Source: Spongospora subterranea f. sp. subterranea
Taxonomy: Eukaryota
Assembly: GCA_049724395.1 (NCBI GenBank)
Contig: JAUGWO010000035.1
Coordinates: forward strand, 62,001 to 113,348
Direction of reading: 5' to 3'
Length of the DNA: 51,348 nt
Part shown: in pieces, positions 37,901 through 49,319 of the stretch
Position numbering within the stretch: the first letter of the stretch is position 1
Layout of the letters: each line of letters starts with the position of its first letter
Position numbers and translations under genes: made by a program
Notes under the pieces: model-generated
What the model was told of the DNA's origin: nothing
The model's input: only the letters and a program-made list of their open reading frames with translations
Databases searched by the model: none

Positions 37901-38010
37901 ACAGTTAAGTGCCCGAGAGGCGAAGCTCCAGGAAGAACAGCTTTGGCAAAAGATCTCGACCAATGGCGAGACGAAGGAAGCAGCCTGCGATGAAGTAGCG
38001 CCACAAACAT
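34970..38010 (-). CDS. Glutamine-synthetase-like gamma-glutamyl-amine ligase (bacterial GlnA4/PuuA type), about 10 exons
   Basis: Spliced reading: IVGFTDIYGRLMGKRFDA, DYLLACDM, NWEKG|YGDMHLIPD, APRSI, ELEYY, SKGEAGVGQHELN, TFMAKP..DVTGSGCHVHMSLW, APTVNSYKRF..SSWAPT, YDNRTAGYR, RIECRIP|GADVNPY, VTDWERQRYFE. The first exon (ATG 38010) reads MFVALLHRRLLPSSRHWSRSFAK. Confidence 0.92.
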
Positions 38011-39078
38011 GATGTCTTGAGAAAGGTGTCTGGCGAATCTTGAGTTCAGCCGAAATTAGGGCATAGAAAGAGGCCCCGGATGGGTACAGGTAGACTGTGG
38101 TGGGCTGCGCCATCCACTTACCGTAAATCCAAATCAACAGACACATTTGAAGGGTGTCTGCAAAACACTCACTGCAAATTACAGTAAGATGACAACAAGT
38201 GATGGGTATTTGACTTGGTTGAGGTTGCCAACCGTTTTGACCAACAGCAAACAAATGTCCAAAGAGAGTCGAGAACTGGCGTTAGACACGTACGATAACC
38301 CCTACACCATGCAGACTTGCCGATGTTATTGACACCCTAACAAGACTTGTTGTCAGAAAACCCTAAATATCGCGCGATTTCAAGGAATTCGGAGGTTGCA
38401 CCGGTGCTAGAAGCCAACCGAGATCCACACACCATGTGTTCGCGAGCGCTTCAAGAAATATCGAACGCGTTGAATTGTCGTTTTTACGTTTGTAATCGGG
38501 TTCATGTTATAGTCATCATAAAATTGCTATAAGGAACATATCTGGGCGTTTTTGTTGTTTTTTGTTCGTGCCGTTAATCGTACAACTGTCATGCCCGTTG
38601 CAATCTAAGGTCAATCTACCAGACAATTCACGAATACCAAAGGCTGAAAAAGGCGTGTTCAGTTTTTAACAACTCACGATCAAGGGCAATCAAGACTTTA
38701 CGTCCGCGAGCATGGTCAAAGCTGAGATGATATAGCGAAATCCTGTTAGGGTTTGATCTCACCAATATCGACATTCACAACCCGATGCAGATCGCCCAGC
38801 CCTTCATCCAAATCTACGCCTCTACAGTTCTGGCTCCCCGAAGAGTCTATTCAGTATCCATCTGAGATACTCCATCGCCTTTAGAGTGCTCCTTGAGTAT
38901 AAAAACTCATTCGGAGACAGCATTGTCATTTGCTTAGACCTTACATCAACGCGTTTAGTCGGGCCAGATGAGCCATTTTGATTCTGCATGTCAGAACATT
39001 CCTGTTGATGTACGAAAAAATAATCGATTTTAGTTTTTATTCAAGGTTGGCAGAAACTCCATGAAAAATGGCAGACAT

Positions 39079-41938
39079 TCATGGATCGATGAAAGTGAGG
39101 TCAAGAGTAGACTGGTTATTGATTGGTATCTCCATAATAATCTCCTCCTTGCCCAATTGCCGTTGCTCAAGGTTGATGGAGATGGCGCGGCCGTCGTTTT
39201 CATCGGCAAGGTCCGGTGCATTGGCGGCCATCCACTTTCGAATCGCAATCTGAACATCCCCGATAGTCTGCTCGTTGCGAACTGTCACCGGACCGACCAA
39301 TTTCTGTTCATTTTTTACCCTGGAATACATTATTATCATGATAACCTCTCTCTCATTGGTTGTTGACAATAATGGTGTATCGTTCATTCAATAACACCTC
39401 CTGCAGTAGAAAACTCGAAAATTGTCCCAATAGATGTGGCGGTAAACAACATGTTAAAATGTTCCGGGAAAGAAGACACAAACTATTTTGTTGATGGTAC
39501 GAATTTCAGGCGTTGAGATGGAAAACTGAACGACTTCAATCAAAGAAATATATTTCTGACCTGAGATGCAATTTGACAGGCATTTCTCTGATTCGTCGCC
39601 ATTGTTCTAGTTCCAAATATCTCCTATCAGCAGCTTTGGCGGTCTCATGAAACTGGTCACTGACTCGTTTAGCAGTAAAGTGAATAATGTCGTGGACAAT
39701 ATCGCTGGCAATGGCATTCAGGTCTATTCGCTCGGTTATGGTGTCGACAAGATAGGGTAGTACACATTCCTCAACAGCACTTTTTTGCCGATCGTACAGG
39801 AACCCCCGTCTCTCAAGCGATTTGAACACAGACGCGGTCAGGTTCGAGAGATATTCTGGCGCCAAACGATAACTGATTGATTTCTGTGAAGTTATATCAA
39901 GCTCATGAATACAATCAACCTTTCAAGCGATCCAACAATTTGACTGTAGCTGGCAACACATTAAACCCCCTTAAATAACATTTTTTTGGTGTTTACCAGG
40001 GCGATGAAAGTAACAGACTTTGGAGTTGCCATAGTATTGAAGAACGAAAATAATAATGATTATGCGAATGGTTGGTAGGCAATATCGACGAACCTGAGTG
40101 ACATTTTGCTCTGCCTTTACACGCTGGCGTTCACATATCACTTTTTGTCCCTATGGTCCCAATCAACAGTGATCCAAACATCAAAGTCGTCAACAACAAA
40201 GTAAAGGAACATCCAACGATGAAAACAGCACCAAATAATATGATGCACTGAAGAAAGGGGTCTTCAACATCCAATGCAGCCGGCGCGGTTGAATTTGAAA
40301 AACTCAGAAATGTTGAATACAGATACGTCATGAGATTGACAACAGTCAACTTTTGTTAACACAACGATCAAACACTTACAGTGTCAAAGATTCTTGCAGC
40401 TTCAGAGCATTCTAGATCAGCAGTGGCCTGTTCCCTCGAAGAAGAGGCGAGCATAGCTATCCTCTTGCGTTGGGCAATGGCGACGAGGTCAGCTTCCATC
40501 CGCACTTCCATCAACGCCTGCTCGAGAGTTTTGCCAACGAGGACGGAGACGGTGCCAGAGATTGCCCCATTAAAATCGAACAGATCGCCTGACTCTGGAT
40601 CCAACTAACTCACAATGTCATAATCAAATCCCAGCAATGATATACAACATCAAGAAATCATGGTGTCATTAAAACGAACAGGTTTTGATAAAATTCGTGA
40701 CAAATTATCCTTTTTCTGGTTCCCGAAAGTAGAACATCTGGACTCAAATTCGAATTAAAAAGGAAACACCTCCATTTTGATTACCTGCTGTCCATAGATA
40801 ATCCAACAAACGAACAAGATCAAGCAACAGATTAACACCTTGATATTGCCTTGTTTTGCAGAAACAAAACCAGAAATGCATTAGAAGGAACAGTAATTGA
40901 ATTGTTAAATAAATGGTTTACCTGAGTGCTATTGTCCATGCCGATTTTGGTAGGGATATATGGTGGCGTAGATGGACGGTTTCGGAATAGATCTGTCTGA
41001 ACCTGAGCGATACTATGCCGAATCCGCCCACATCCTTCATTTGATTGCTCCTCTAAATACTCATGCAGCGGAAATGGGATGAAACTCGCCTCAACGCAAG
41101 TGACTACGTGGGCCATTATACATAATCAATCAATGGATAAACAAAACAGCAAACCAAACCCAGAAAAATGAAATTACAGCTCATTCATTAACTCAAGGGG
41201 TCTTGACCAGATGTTTTAGAACGGTGACGGCAGCATTACAACTTTCGGCAGAAAAAGCTTGAAGCAAATGTGCTTAAATATATAAAACCATTCAACAATG
41301 TAGACAGATCGCATGAGAGGGTTTTAATGACAAGAGCTGGTAGACAGCGACGAAGAGGATTAATGACTGTTGAAGAACAGTGTTTTACCTTGATGTAGTT
41401 TGGCAATAGAGATTGGTCTGGAATTGAGGCGATTACCAGGATGAAGTAGCTTTTTGGCCATCTTCCTAGGTAAGTCAGCACCAGGGACGATAGACAGTGC
41501 AATTTTCCCATATGCGACTCCACGATAGACACGAGGATCACCCATGATATTGATTGGTGTCTCCATGGCCTCAACAGAGACTCTTGCCGCTGATGGTGAT
41601 TTGGATACCCTTTGTCGAATATCAATCATATCAGTATAACAATCAGTACGGTTAGATTGATCAAAAGGCGATATGAATCCACTTTAAGAATGTCCCGTCG
41701 CTATAGTTACAAAGCGTCACTTATTCTTCATTGTCAACTGAGACAATGCTAAGATTGAACCCGGAACACCTTCCATGTATCAATTCAGTATGGATTTTTC
41801 AGATTCTCTACAAAAGATAAAAGTCAATGTGAACAAGGGTCTGGCTTTGCTGACATTATCTCAGTAAGCCGCAAACAATCTTTGTAGCTTACCGGGGTGC
41901 CGGGATCGTGCCGGGAACCAGCGATCATGTATGTTCAT
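39079..41938 (-). CDS. RSP3: Flagellar radial spoke protein 3, multi-exon
   Basis: PINIMGDPRVYRGVAY, LHEYLEE, VQTDLFRNRPSTPPYIPTKIGMDNSTQ, GDLFDF...VLVGKTLEQALMEV and VFKSLERRGFLYD. The 5' exons and start are uncertain. Confidence 0.88.
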
Positions 41939-42216
41939 TGGGTCTTGTTTCTAGATACGGATTTCATATCTAGTTGATATGGGTTGCGAATCTGCAGATA
42001 CCAAATTGTTGTCATGTTCTATTGGAGGAGCTTTAGGCCATGAATATGGTGCTGAACTTTACCTGGAAGAAATGTAGACCCACCGCCCACATGTATTCTG
42101 GTTATCTATTCCAATAGTAGTTTCCGTTGTTCAATAAATTTCTTATTGATCAGCTTGAAAAACGTGTTGTGATTTTAATTCGCTCAAGAAATCTACTGGA
42201 CATTCACAGATTTGTC

Positions 42217-42320
42217 ATAGACCAGTTCGAGGATCGTGGCTCACCAAAAACGAACAACCCCATCTTTTTCATGATGATAAAAAACCACGATTTTGATTTT
42301 TTGAAAAAAACCAAAATTCT
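42217..42320 (+). repeat. Direct repeat of about 100 bp, copy 1 (copy 2 at about 43360-43461)
   Basis: ATAGACCA(G/C)TTCGAGGATCGTGGCTCACCAAAAAC(G/A)AACAAC.CCATCTTT... occurs at both sites. Confidence 0.85.
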
Positions 42321-42718
42321 TTTGGCGCTTCTGAGCGTTCATTGTTTTTCTGTTGCGTTTGGTGACTCCTCTGTTTTCGAATTCTAACTAGATAGTCGAA
42401 ATGGTCCCATTCATCATCTCCAAGGACGCACTCGACGCGGCGGCAAGATATGGATAACGGGTCAGTTTGGATCTATAAGAATTTTTCCAGAAGAACGGGA
42501 ACATCAACTTTCATGTTCTCGAATGACGAATGACCCCCCAGGTTCTATCTTGGGCTTCAACTCCACATTGATCAGCAATCTGTTTCTGTCCGAAGGGGTT
42601 CCTGGAACGGTTCCATGGTGTCCTCTGCCTCAGTCTTCCTTGTTCTGTGGTTGTGTTCCTTTTGTTTTTTTGTTCCGCTCCGATGGAAGTCGATTCTCCT
42701 CCCTCATACGAGTAACCA

Positions 42719-43365
42719 ATGGAGGCCTACGAGCAACAGCGGCAATCTAACCTTAATTTACAGAAAGAGTTGGCGGTCGCCGCGCAAGTGCTCAGAAACG
42801 TCCATCAAGACGACGGGAAGGGAGAGATCGAGATGTTGCGCCAGGAATTGCGACACTTGGGTGAGTTACGGGCGCAGAACTCGAACGCCGGCCCAAAACT
42901 CGCGACCCCAGAGAAATTCGATGGAAATCGAGCCAGTTTCCGTGCCTTCTTCAACCAGGTAAACCTTTTGGTAAATCTTCCGTCAATAGGCATTGGTCCG
43001 ACACAGACCGGGTGGGTTTCCTGGTCAGCTTATTGAAGGGCCCTGCACTGGATTGGGTATCGCCCTTGATGGAGGTGAACGATGCTGTTTTGCACGATTG
43101 GAAGCATTTCACAATACAGTTCAAAGTTTTGACGATCCGGACCGCACACGTTCGGCGGAGCCGAAGTTAGAGACCATTCGCCAGGGGCGGCGCTCAGCAG
43201 CGACTTATGCGGCTGAATTTCGGATGCTGGCGGTCGACATGGAATGAACAAGTCAGGGCTCACCGTTTCAGGACAGGGTTTAATGAAGACGTGAAAGACG
43301 ATTTAGCAAGGGCTCCGTTACCTGTAGACCTGGAGGATCTTATCACATTGTCCATATGTATAGAC
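42719..43365 (+). mobile_element. Frameshifted Ty3/Gypsy gag fragment
   Basis: PKLATPEKFDGNRASFRAFFNQV, LLKGPALDWVSPL, IRQGRRSAATYAAEFR and FRTGFNEDVKD. Confidence 0.85.
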
Positions 43366-43789
43366 CACTTCGAGGATCGTGGCTCACCAAAAACAAACAA
43401 CACCATCTTTCTTATAATGATAAAAAACCCCGATTTGTAATTTTTGACCAAAAACAAAATCGTTGACTTGTCTGTTTTACAGTAAGTACTTTGACGAACT
43501 GACTTTCTCATTTGGTCAACTTTATATATCGTTGAAAAGCCCTGCAAAAATCCGGAAGAATCGTTTTTGTCAATCGTCAATCAGACGATTACTCTCGCTC
43601 GAGCGTGCGTTTGAACGATTTTGAATCGCGATTTTTGGAAAACGGTCAAGTAACAGGTACAGTATACCGAAAACACAGCCGGGAATTTTGTATGACGGAG
43701 TATTTCCCAATCAGCCCATTAACCTCTCCCGTCAGTCATTTGAATATTGACTGCTGTGGTTTATCATGTTTCATTGATGGTGTCATGAG

Positions 43790-46700
43790 GCACAATCATC
43801 AAATGGATCGCTCTATTCCTCTTCTATCGAATCTCCATCGTCGCGAATACTATCATCAAGTGGACTGCCCTTCTCTTCGCATTTTGAATGTCCAGTTCTC
43901 GATTAGTTATCAAGTGGCGCCCTCTAATCTTCTGTTTTCATCTAAATTGTTTTGTGTTGATTGCCATTATCATCACCAATTGCATCGCCCGATTCTTTTC
44001 TATACATTGTCGATTTTCGCCATTATTATCAATCACGTAGATGTCCGATTCTTCTCTACTGATTGTCGATTGTTGCCATTATCATCATCAAGGTGATCGC
44101 CCGATTCCTTTCTATTAATTGTCGATTGTTGCCATCATCATCATCAAGTGGATCGCCCGATTCTTCTCTATTAATTGTCGATTGTCGCCATTATCATCAT
44201 CAAGTGGATCGCCCAATTCTTCTCTATTAATTGTCGATTGTCGCCATTATCATCATCAAGTGGATCGCCCGATCTCGATTTCTCTATGATTCTTCTGTCG
44301 ATTGTCGCCATTATCATCATCAAGTGGATCGCCCGATTCCTTTCTATCAATTGTCGATTGTTGCCATTATCATCATCAAGTGGATTGCCCAATTCTTCTC
44401 TATTAATTGTCGATTATCGCCATTATCATCATCAAGTGGATTGCCCAATTCTTCTCTATTAATTGTCGATTGTCGCCATTATCATCATCAAGTGGATCGC
44501 CCGATCTTTCTCTATTAATTGTCGATTGTCGCCATTATCATCATCAAGTGGATCGCCCGATTGTCGCCATTATCATCATCAAGTGGATTGCCCAATTCTT
44601 CTCTATTGTAATTGTCGATTGTCGCCATTATCATCATCAAGTGGATCGCCCGATTCCTTTCTATCAATTGTCGATTGTCGCCATTATCATCATCAAGTGG
44701 ATTGCCCGATTCTTCTCTATTAATTGTCGATTGTCGCCATTTCATCATAATTGATTCGATAATTGTCGCCATTATCATCATCAAGTGGATCGCCCGATTC
44801 TTCTCTATTAATTGTCGATTGTCGCCATTATCATCATCAAGTGGATTGCCCGATTCTTCTCTATTAATTGTCGATTGTCGCCATTATCATCATCAAGTGG
44901 ATCGCCCGATTCCTCTCTATTATTGTCGATTGTCGCCATTATCATCATCAAGTGATCGCCCGATCTTTCTCTATTAATTGTCGATTGTCGCCATTATCAT
45001 CATCAAGTGGATCGCCCGATTCTTCTCTATTATTGTCGATTGTCGCCATTATCATCATCAAGTGGATCGCCCGATTCCTTTCTATCAATTGTCGATTGTC
45101 GCCATCATCATCATCAAGTGGATTGCCCAATTCTTCTCTATTAATTGTCGATTGTCGCCATTATCATCATCAAGTGGAGCGTCCCATTATCATCATCAAG
45201 TGGATCGCCCGATTCTTCTCTATTGATTGTCGATTGTCGCCATTATCATCATCAAGTGGATCACCCGATTCTTTCTCTATTGATGATCGATTGTCGCCAT
45301 TATAATCATCAAGTGGATCACCCGATTCTTCTTTATTGATTGTCGATTGTCGCCATTATCATCATCAAGTGGATCACCCGGTTCTTCTCTATTATTGATT
45401 GTCGATTGTCGCCATTATCATCATCAAGTGGATCACCCGATTCTTCTCTATTGATTGTCGATTGTCGCCATTATCATCATCAAGTGGATCACCCGATTCT
45501 TCTCTATTGATTGTCGATTGTCGCCATTATCATCATCAAATGGATCACCCGATTCTTCTCTATTGATTGTCGATTGTCGCCATTTATCATCATCAAGTGG
45601 ATCACCCGATATAGATTGACGATAGTCGCCCATTATCATCATCAAGTGGATCGCCCGATTCTTCTCTATTCATTGTCGATTGTCGCCATTATCATCATCA
45701 AGTGGATCACCCGATTCTTCTCTATTGATTGTCGATTGTCGCCATTATCATCATCAAGTGGATCACCCGATTCTTCTCTATTAATTGTCGATTGTCGCCA
45801 TTATCATCATCAAGTGGATCGTCCGATTCTCCTCTATTATTCGATTCATCAATTGTCGCCGATTATCAATTATCGTGTCGCCTATCATCAAATGGATCGC
45901 CCAATTCTTCTCTAATTGTCGATTGTCGCCATTATCATCATCAAGTGGATCGTCGATTCTTCTCTATTAATTGTCGATTGTCGCCATTATCATCATCAAG
46001 TGGATCGCCGATTCTTCTCTATTGATTGTCGATTTCGCCATTATCATCATCAAGTGGATCACCCGATTCTTCTCTATTAATTGTCGATTGTCGCCATTAT
46101 CATCATCAAGTGAATCACCCGGAAGATTCTTCTTTATTGATTGTCGATTTTCGCCATTACATTCGATCACCCGATTCTTCTCTATAGATTGACGATGGTC
46201 GCCATTATCACAACAAGTGGATCGCCCGATTCTTCTCTTTTGCTTGTCGTTTGTCGCCATTTTCATCATCAAGTGGATCACCCGATTCTTCTCTATTGAT
46301 TGTCGAATCTCGCCAATATCATCATCAATTTGGATCGTCCGATTCTTCTTGATTGACTATTGATTGTCGACATTTTAATCATCAAGCGGATGACCCGATT
46401 CTTCTGCATATTGATTGTCGATTGTCGCCATTATATCATCAAGTTGATCACCCGATTCTTCTCTTTACGTTGTCGATTGTCGCCATTATCATCATCAAGT
46501 GGATCGCCCAATTCTTCTCTATTGATTGTCGATTGTCGCCATTATAATCATCAAATGTATCACCCAATTCTTCTCTATTGAAGGTCGAGTATCGCCCATA
46601 TCATCATCAAGTGGATCCCCCGGTTCTTCTTTATTACTTGTCGATTGTCGCCATTATCACATCAAAGTGGATCGCCCGCTTCTTCTCTATTGATTGTCGA

Positions 46701-47200
46701 TGGTCGCCATTATTATCATCAAGTGGATCACCCGATTCTTCTCTATTGAATGCCGATTCCCGCCAATATCATCATCCATTTGATCACCCGATCCTTCTGT
46801 ATTGATTGTCGATTGTCGCCCTTATTTTTGTCATCAAGTGGATCACCCGATTCTTCTCTATAGATTGACGAGTGTCGCCATTATCACATCAACTGGATCA
46901 CCCGATTCTTTTCTATAGATTGTCCATTGTCGCCATTATCATCATCAAGTGGATGGCCCGTTCTCTATTGATTGTCGATTCTTCCATTGGTTTCCGATTG
47001 TCGCCATCAGTATCATCAAGTCGATCACCCGATTCTTCTCTATTGGTTGCCGATTGTCGCCATCAGTATCATCAAGTGGATCACCTGATTTTTCTCTGTC
47101 GATTGTCGACGTTATCATCATCAAGCGGATCACTCGATTCTTCTCTATTGACTGTCGATTGTCGCCATTATCATCATCAAGTGGATCGCCCGATTCTTCT
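43790..47200. repeat. Satellite array, 56-bp unit, roughly 60 copies with degenerate ends
   Basis: Consensus ATTGTCGATTGTCGCCATTATCATCATCAAGTGGATCGCCCGATTCTTCTCTATTA; period 56 (e.g. 44175 to 44231). Confidence 0.98.
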
Positions 47201-47907
47201 GTTTCTCTGATATTTATCCGGTTGTGCCTTCTCGAACATGTCGGGTAAGTGACGCCAACATCAGCAACGTTATCATGGTCATACAGCGGTTTTTCTTCGT
47301 CGAAGACTTGGCTGATTTCTTTACCCTTTTCGACCAAAGGCTGGTTCCATTTGAGAGGCATTTGTCACTTCAAAATCGGATTCCGATGAAGTCCCCAAAA
47401 TATTTCGCCAATTCGCAGAAATATGGTCGGAATCGTCATTGACAGCATCACTCGGCCAACCATCGCAATTGCTCACAATGATACAAAACGTTCAAATTTG
47501 AAATAATACAAATTTCGACCTTTCCTTTCCCAACAATTCAAATCTTGCTCTGCCATCAAATAAATCGCTCTGTTTTTCTCGTTGTTGAAGGTCTCAAATT
47601 TACAAAAATGTAAATCGATGAATTTATTGTGCTGAATGCCACCAATTCCAACAGCGGCCGCCGACTAGTCAATATCACAGCACTGTGAGCACATTTGGTT
47701 CATTACAAAGTCGATTTTTCAAATTATTTTATCAAAACCATTGAGGCGAAACTCGCTGGCCATGGCCTTTCAAATAATCTCCATCAAATTCCAATGCGTT
47801 ATGTCACATTCTCATCAAGTCCATTGCATTCAGTAGTAGAATAAACTTCCAAGGTGAGCAATCTCAGTATATTTACAATCCATGTGAAGACTCTGCTATC
47901 CTTTTAT

Positions 47908-48762
47908 CTAGATGGGTGGTGACAATGTGACGACATGGACATCCCAAACTGCCCCATACTGCATATACAGGTTAAGGTACAGCTCTTCTGGCGTGCCAAA
48001 CGCCCCTTTGCGAGCACGTCCTTTCGGGGCCAGCAACGTCGCTGTCCACCGGTCCCCCCTAGGTGTCTTCCTCAACTTGACACGTCGGGCCATCTCGGAC
48101 ATGACACCTTCAGGAACTCGTGAGAGTTCCAATAGCTGAGCCACATCTGCTGACGCCACATCCTCATCGTCCCCCGCAGCATCACTTGGCCGGCTTCTGG
48201 GTTGGCGAACCCACCTCATCATATCCAAACGGATATGATCCGCCCTTTGCCGCCACCAGCTGTTGATGCCGAAGAAGTTCCACATCTCGATTACACGCAA
48301 CGTGTCCATCTCGCTTGGAACACCTCCCTTATCCCATAGCAGAGATTTGGCCAATGGAATCAGCCATTCAGCAAGCGTCAAGAACTGGTCAGTTATGACC
48401 ATTCGCTGAATGGCATCTCCCAGATACGCCTGCAACCCTGCCCATCGGAACAGGTCATTGTCGCGAAGGTTGCGGACGGACTGGAAAATATTGGGCGATC
48501 GTTCGATGCGGTACTCGACTCGATAACCCATCAGAGGAGTCAAGGCGTCGTTGCCCACCATCTCAGCCAAAAACAACGCCAACAGCTCTTGGCCATTGCT
48601 TTGACATCGGAAGCTGCTCCGATTCGTAACCGGCTTATGGCTGCACCGCTTCGATGACTTGACCCATCGTGCAGCCTGTATAAATAATCCGTGGAGTGCA
48701 CGTGCAGTACATAGATACCTGGGTACCCAGACTATAGGGTACTTTTGAAAAGTACCATTCAT
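47908..48762 (-). CDS. Orphan 284-codon ORF (possibly the last exon of a gene or part of an unknown element)
   Basis: Uninterrupted, GC-richer than its flanks and globular-looking in composition; I recognise no family. TTATTTATACAG|G at about 48675 could be a splice acceptor. Confidence 0.5.
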   Translation of the reverse strand: MNGTFQKYPIVWVPRYLCTARALHGLFIQAARWVKSSKRCSHKPVTNRSSFRCQSNGQELLALFLAEMVGNDALTPLMGYRVEYRIERSPNIFQSVRNLRDNDLFRWAGLQAYLGDAIQRMVITDQFLTLAEWLIPLAKSLLWDKGGVPSEMDTLRVIEMWNFFGINSWWRQRADHIRLDMMRWVRQPRSRPSDAAGDDEDVASADVAQLLELSRVPEGVMSEMARRVKLRKTPRGDRWTATLLAPKGRARKGAFGTPEELYLNLYMQYGAVWDVHVVTLSPPI

Positions 48763-49319
48763 TCCAAGCCCTCCAGGAATGAATGGTCATGATCGAATAC
48801 CCGCACTTTGAGCAGTTCATTCGAAAGGTCTCGTAAAATGCTGCTCAACTGTATCCTCAAATTGTCAAATATTCAAATTCCTGTATAAATAATCCGTGGA
48901 ATGGACGTCCATCACATACATTAGGGGGTACGCAAGACTATAGCGTACCCCTCCAAAATACCATTCATTCCAAGCCTTCCAGGAATGAATGGTCATGATC
49001 GAAAACGGACACTTTCAGCAGTGCGTTGCAAAGATCTCGAAAAATGCTGCTCAGCGGTATCCTTAAATCGGCAAATACCCAAATTCCGTTTTTGCTAGGT
49101 CTAAATAAACATCGGAAATTTGATCCATTCTATAGATTGCAAATACAGCTTACCAAAAAGTCCGCCCCCTGTTATTTAGTCAGTTTACGGTACCCGGCAA
49201 AGCCATAACCGGCTTGTTTTCTCCTGTATAAATAATCCGTGGAATGGACGTCCATCACATACTTTAGGGGTTGCAAGACTATAGCGTACCCCTCCAAAAT
49301 ACCATTCATTCCAAGCCTT
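48675..49319. repeat. 205-bp palindrome-rich repeat, 2 full copies + 1 truncated
   Basis: CCTGTATAAATAATCCGTGGA starts at 48675, 48880 and 49223. The third copy is cut at 49320 by an LTR. Confidence 0.92.

Noticed and set aside
38030..39000. Small gene between the GS-like gene and RSP3
   Set aside because: Only ORFs of about 60 aa or less with no motif and no convincing exon chain.
43605..47361. Many overlapping ORFs (MSIVAIIIIKW..., GDPLDDDNGDN...)
   Set aside because: These are translations of a 56-bp non-triplet satellite in rotating frames.
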